Of a DNA stretch of 8,008 nucleotides, positions 5,884-8,008 are shown piece after piece (positions within the stretch are counted from its first letter, which is position 1; the number at the start of each line of letters is the position of its first letter). Below the pieces are notes generated by a model that had not been told where the DNA came from, ran no database searches, and saw nothing but the letters and a program-made list of their open reading frames with translations. The DNA lies in the IMG/VR virus record IMGVR_UViG_2534682157_000011, positions 1 through 8,008 of that record. One strand, written 5' to 3'. The DNA comes from a virus (Duplodnaviria; Heunggongvirae; Uroviricota; Caudoviricetes). The position numbers and the translations under genes were made by a program.

Positions 5884-6429
5884 ATGGCTACGATCCCAAC
5901 CCTCACTCAACCTGAAATTGCCATCGTTGATGGTCAGGCTGTTACTTCATCCCTGGCTGTTGCCAACTTCTTCTCCAAACGTCATGACGATGTACTGAAA
6001 AAGATCCGCACGCTTGAATGTTCCGCATCATTCACTGCCCGCAATTTTTCGGTGAGTGATTACACCGATTGCACAGGCCGCAAACTACCTTGCTATCAAA
6101 TAACCCGCGACGGCTTTGCGTTTCTTGCTATGGGTTTCACGGGTAAACGTGCTGCCCGGTTCAAAGAGGCATACATCAATGCCTTTAACCAGATGGAGAA
6201 ACAGCTTTCAAAGCCCGCTGTACCGAGCGACGTTGCACATAACGCCAGCGTTCTCTGTTCCTACATTTCATCAATTCATCAGGTCTGGCTGCAGCAGCTT
6301 TATCCTATGTTGGCAAAAGCCGAATCTCCGCTGGCTGTTAGCTTATATGACTATATTAATGATGCTTCGGCGCTGGCCTGCCTCATAAATTTGTCGCTGA
6401 ACCCTTCAGAGGCAAGGGGGCGCAAATGA
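5884..6429 (+). CDS. Rha-family phage regulatory protein (antirepressor-like), copy 3, with a diverged C-terminus
   Basis: Begins MATIPTLTQPEIAIVDGQAVTSSLAVANFFSKRHDDVLKKIR with the same Rha core. After NAFNQMEK the C-terminal ~75 residues differ from copies 1 and 2. SD GAGG 8 nt upstream of ATG 5884. Stop overlaps the next ORF start (ATGA at 6426-6429). Confidence 0.8.
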   Translation: MATIPTLTQPEIAIVDGQAVTSSLAVANFFSKRHDDVLKKIRTLECSASFTARNFSVSDYTDCTGRKLPCYQITRDGFAFLAMGFTGKRAARFKEAYINAFNQMEKQLSKPAVPSDVAHNASVLCSYISSIHQVWLQQLYPMLAKAESPLAVSLYDYINDASALACLINLSLNPSEARGRK

Positions 6430-6650
6430 TCCGGAATATTTTCAAACGTTTTACCAATCAGACTTTCCGTTGTCCTCGTCCGGGTCAGTGGTACACCACG
6501 CCTGCAGGGCATGTTCTACGTGTTAGCCTGGTTGACCGTGAATGTCAGAAGGTGATTTGTGAACCGCTGGGCCGTAATTACCGCGTCAGTATGCCGCTTA
6601 TAGCCTTTCGCTCCGGAAAAAACATGAAGCATCTCGGAGGTGCAGCATGA
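6426..6650 (+). CDS. Small hypothetical protein (74 aa), translationally coupled between rha copy 3 and the O-like gene
   Basis: ATG 6426 overlaps the rha3 stop (ATGA), with SD AGGGGG upstream. Its own stop overlaps the O-like ATG (ATGA at 6647-6650). No recognisable domain. Its first codons (ATGATCCG..GAATATT) are the sequence carried into the junctions of the tandem rha units. Confidence 0.5.
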   Translation: MIRNIFKRFTNQTFRCPRPGQWYTTPAGHVLRVSLVDRECQKVICEPLGRNYRVSMPLIAFRSGKNMKHLGGAA

Positions 6651-7465
6651 GTATGGAGCTGATGGTTAAAGCGATGAAAATTCGAGTGGGTAATCCATTG
6701 CGAAAACTGGTTCTGATCAAGCTGGCTGATAATGCCAGCGATCAGGGTGAGTGCTGGCCCAGCTACCAGCATATTGCTGACCAGTGCGAGATTAGCAAAC
6801 GTTCTGTGATGAATCATATTGCGGCCCTTTGTGAGTCCGGGCTGGTAAAAAAAGTCACCCGGAAAGGTGAAAAAGGTAACTCAAGTAATATCTATCTCCT
6901 TCATCTTGATGGTGCAGGAGATTCACTAGGGAGTAGTGCAAATAATTCACTATCTGGTGCAGCAAATTCACCAGGTAGTGCAGGAGTTGCACCAGGGGGT
7001 AGTGCAGGAGATTCACCCAGAACCAGTCACTCTTTTGAACCAGTCAAAGAACCAGTCAATGAACCAATAGCTGTTGGTGCATCTGCTGATGAGTCTGTGC
7101 GAGTTCGTTCAAACCGACCGGAATACTCTCCGGAGTTTGAGCAGGCATGGCTGGCATATCCCAAACGTACTGGTGGCAATTCAAAATCTGCAGCCTTCAA
7201 AGCCTGGAAAGCCCGTTTGAATGAGGGGGTAAACCCCGAAACCATGCTGGAAGGTGTGAAACGCTACGCGGGCTGGGTATCTGCGATGGGTAACAGCGGC
7301 ACACAATTTGTGAAACAGGCTGTCACGTTCTTTGGTCCGGATCGTCATTTCGAAGAATCCTGGGAAGTTCCTGCGGTATCTGTAGCCGGACGCGAGGACC
7401 CGTACTTCAAAGCCAGTTACGACAACGTGGACTACAGCCAGATCCCGGCAGGATTCAGGGGGTGA
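6647..7465 (+). CDS. Replication initiator, lambda O-like (N-terminal HTH DNA-binding domain, low-complexity linker, conserved C-terminal domain)
   Basis: SD GGAGG 6 nt before ATG 6647. N-terminal region LRKLVLIKLADNASDQGECWPSYQHIADQCEISKRSVMNHIAALCESGLVKKV resembles replisome-organiser HTH domains. Gly/Ser/Ala-rich linker is encoded by iteron-like repeats. C-terminal region EFEQAWLAYPKRTGGNSKSAAFKAWKARL... is typical of O-like proteins (from memory). Confidence 0.8.
   Translation: MSMELMVKAMKIRVGNPLRKLVLIKLADNASDQGECWPSYQHIADQCEISKRSVMNHIAALCESGLVKKVTRKGEKGNSSNIYLLHLDGAGDSLGSSANNSLSGAANSPGSAGVAPGGSAGDSPRTSHSFEPVKEPVNEPIAVGASADESVRVRSNRPEYSPEFEQAWLAYPKRTGGNSKSAAFKAWKARLNEGVNPETMLEGVKRYAGWVSAMGNSGTQFVKQAVTFFGPDRHFEESWEVPAVSVAGREDPYFKASYDNVDYSQIPAGFRG
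6912..7016. repeat. Five iteron-like ~15-bp repeats at 21-24 bp spacing inside the O-like gene (candidate replication origin)
   Basis: GTGCAGGAGATTCAC (6912-6926), GTGCAAATAATTCAC (6936-6950), GTGCAGCAAATTCAC (6957-6971), GTGCAGGAGTTGCAC (6978-6992), GTGCAGGAGATTCAC (7002-7016). Each has internal dyad symmetry (GTGCA...T[GT]CAC). Followed by four GAACCAGTCA-type repeats (about 7019-7070). Analogous to ori-lambda lying within gene O. Confidence 0.5.
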
Positions 7466-7956
7466 TCATGAGTCTTTTGAATGACGTTCAGAAATTCATT
7501 GAAGCCCATCCGGGGTGTACTTCCGGAGACATTGCGGATGCTTTTGCAGGTTACTCACGGCAGCGCGTTCTGCAGTCAGCAAGCAAGTTACGTCAGAGCG
7601 GGCGTGTGGCTCACCGTTGTGAAGGAGATACACGCAGACATTTCCCGCGCCTGACTGAGAGAGCGCAGGAACCGGAACCACAACCAGTTCGAGAAACCAG
7701 ACCTGTGCGCAATTTCTATGTCGGCACTAACGATCCACGGGTGATTTTGTGCCTGACCCGCCAGGCGGAAGAACTGGAGTCCAGGGGCTTATACCGTCGT
7801 GCTGCAACGGTGTGGATGGCGGCATTCCGTGAAAGCCACTCCCAGCAAGAGCGAAACAATTTTCTGGCGCGTCGTGAGCGGTGCTTACGGAAAAGCAGCA
7901 AGCGCGCTGCATCGGGTGAAGAGTGGTATCTGTCAGGGAATTACGTGGGGGCTTAA
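7462..7956 (+). CDS. Hypothetical protein (162-164 aa) downstream of the O-like gene; possible replication partner, no ATPase motif seen
   Basis: Track ORF starts at GTG 7462 overlapping the O-like stop (GTGA). ATG 7468 with AGGGGG 5 nt upstream is the likelier start (MSLLNDVQKFIEAHPGCTSGDIADAFAGYSRQRV...). No Walker A motif, so not a DnaC-type loader. Size matches the ~164-aa YfdN-type prophage protein (recollection). Confidence 0.7.
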   Translation: MIMSLLNDVQKFIEAHPGCTSGDIADAFAGYSRQRVLQSASKLRQSGRVAHRCEGDTRRHFPRLTERAQEPEPQPVRETRPVRNFYVGTNDPRVILCLTRQAEELESRGLYRRAATVWMAAFRESHSQQERNNFLARRERCLRKSSKRAASGEEWYLSGNYVGA

Positions 7957-8008
7957 TGAGTAATAAATATTGCCAGGCGCTGGTGGAACTGCGGAACAAA
8001 CCAGCCCA

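Larger units (their letters stand above)
3893..6429. repeat. Tandem triplication of a leader+rha cassette (units ~3893-4740, 4741-5588, 5589-6429; period 848-860 bp), with mosaic identity tracts
   Basis: Direct comparison of the three units. The copy 2 and copy 3 leaders are identical for ~95 nt at their 5' ends (4737-4832 vs 5585-5680). The last ~296 bp of copy 1 and copy 2 are identical (4445-4740 vs 5288-5588). The copy 3 core (about 6076-6200) is identical to copy 1, not copy 2. Elsewhere the copies differ by many substitutions. Confidence 0.9.

Noticed and set aside
3893-6429. CRISPR array or assembly artefact as explanation for the tandem repeats
   Set aside because: Units are ~850 bp and gene-sized, not 25-50-bp repeats with spacers. 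The copies differ by many substitutions and indels, which a collapsed or duplicated assembly would not produce. Long-read confirmation is still advisable.
7027-7999. Minus-strand track ORFs 7027..7245, 7496..7681, 7716..7901 and 7727..7999
   Set aside because: Antisense to the O-like gene and the 164-aa gene, both of which have SD sequences and coupled starts.

Overview
This window reads as the immunity, early-regulation and replication-initiation core of an enterobacterial lambdoid prophage. Gene sizes and order recall the E. coli CPS-53/KpLE1-type element in reverse orientation, but that is from memory and unsearched. Left to right: two leftward early genes (a DUF2303/YfdQ-like gene running off the window edge and a 120-aa partner); a ~780-bp gap with no convincing ORF that holds a candidate leftward promoter/operator, a 15-bp perfect inverted repeat and a cloverleaf-like multi-hairpin element; a leftward CI-type repressor (HTH plus LexA-like S24 autopeptidase) with its terminator; a divergent promoter/operator region; rightward cro-like and CII-position genes; three tandem, diverged Rha-family (antirepressor-like) genes; a small coupled ORF; an O-like replication initiator with iteron-like repeats inside its linker; and a 164-aa downstream gene. 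The most unusual content is the triplicated rha cassette: each copy is preceded by a conserved ~285-nt hairpin-rich leader that includes a terminator-like hairpin plus T6 and a UUCG hairpin with a compensatory base-pair change. I interpret this as a candidate cis-regulatory or immunity-type RNA, not as protein-coding sequence, but the leader is also an open frame in phase with rha, so this is unresolved. All calls rest on reading the sequence and remembered family features; no database search was run.
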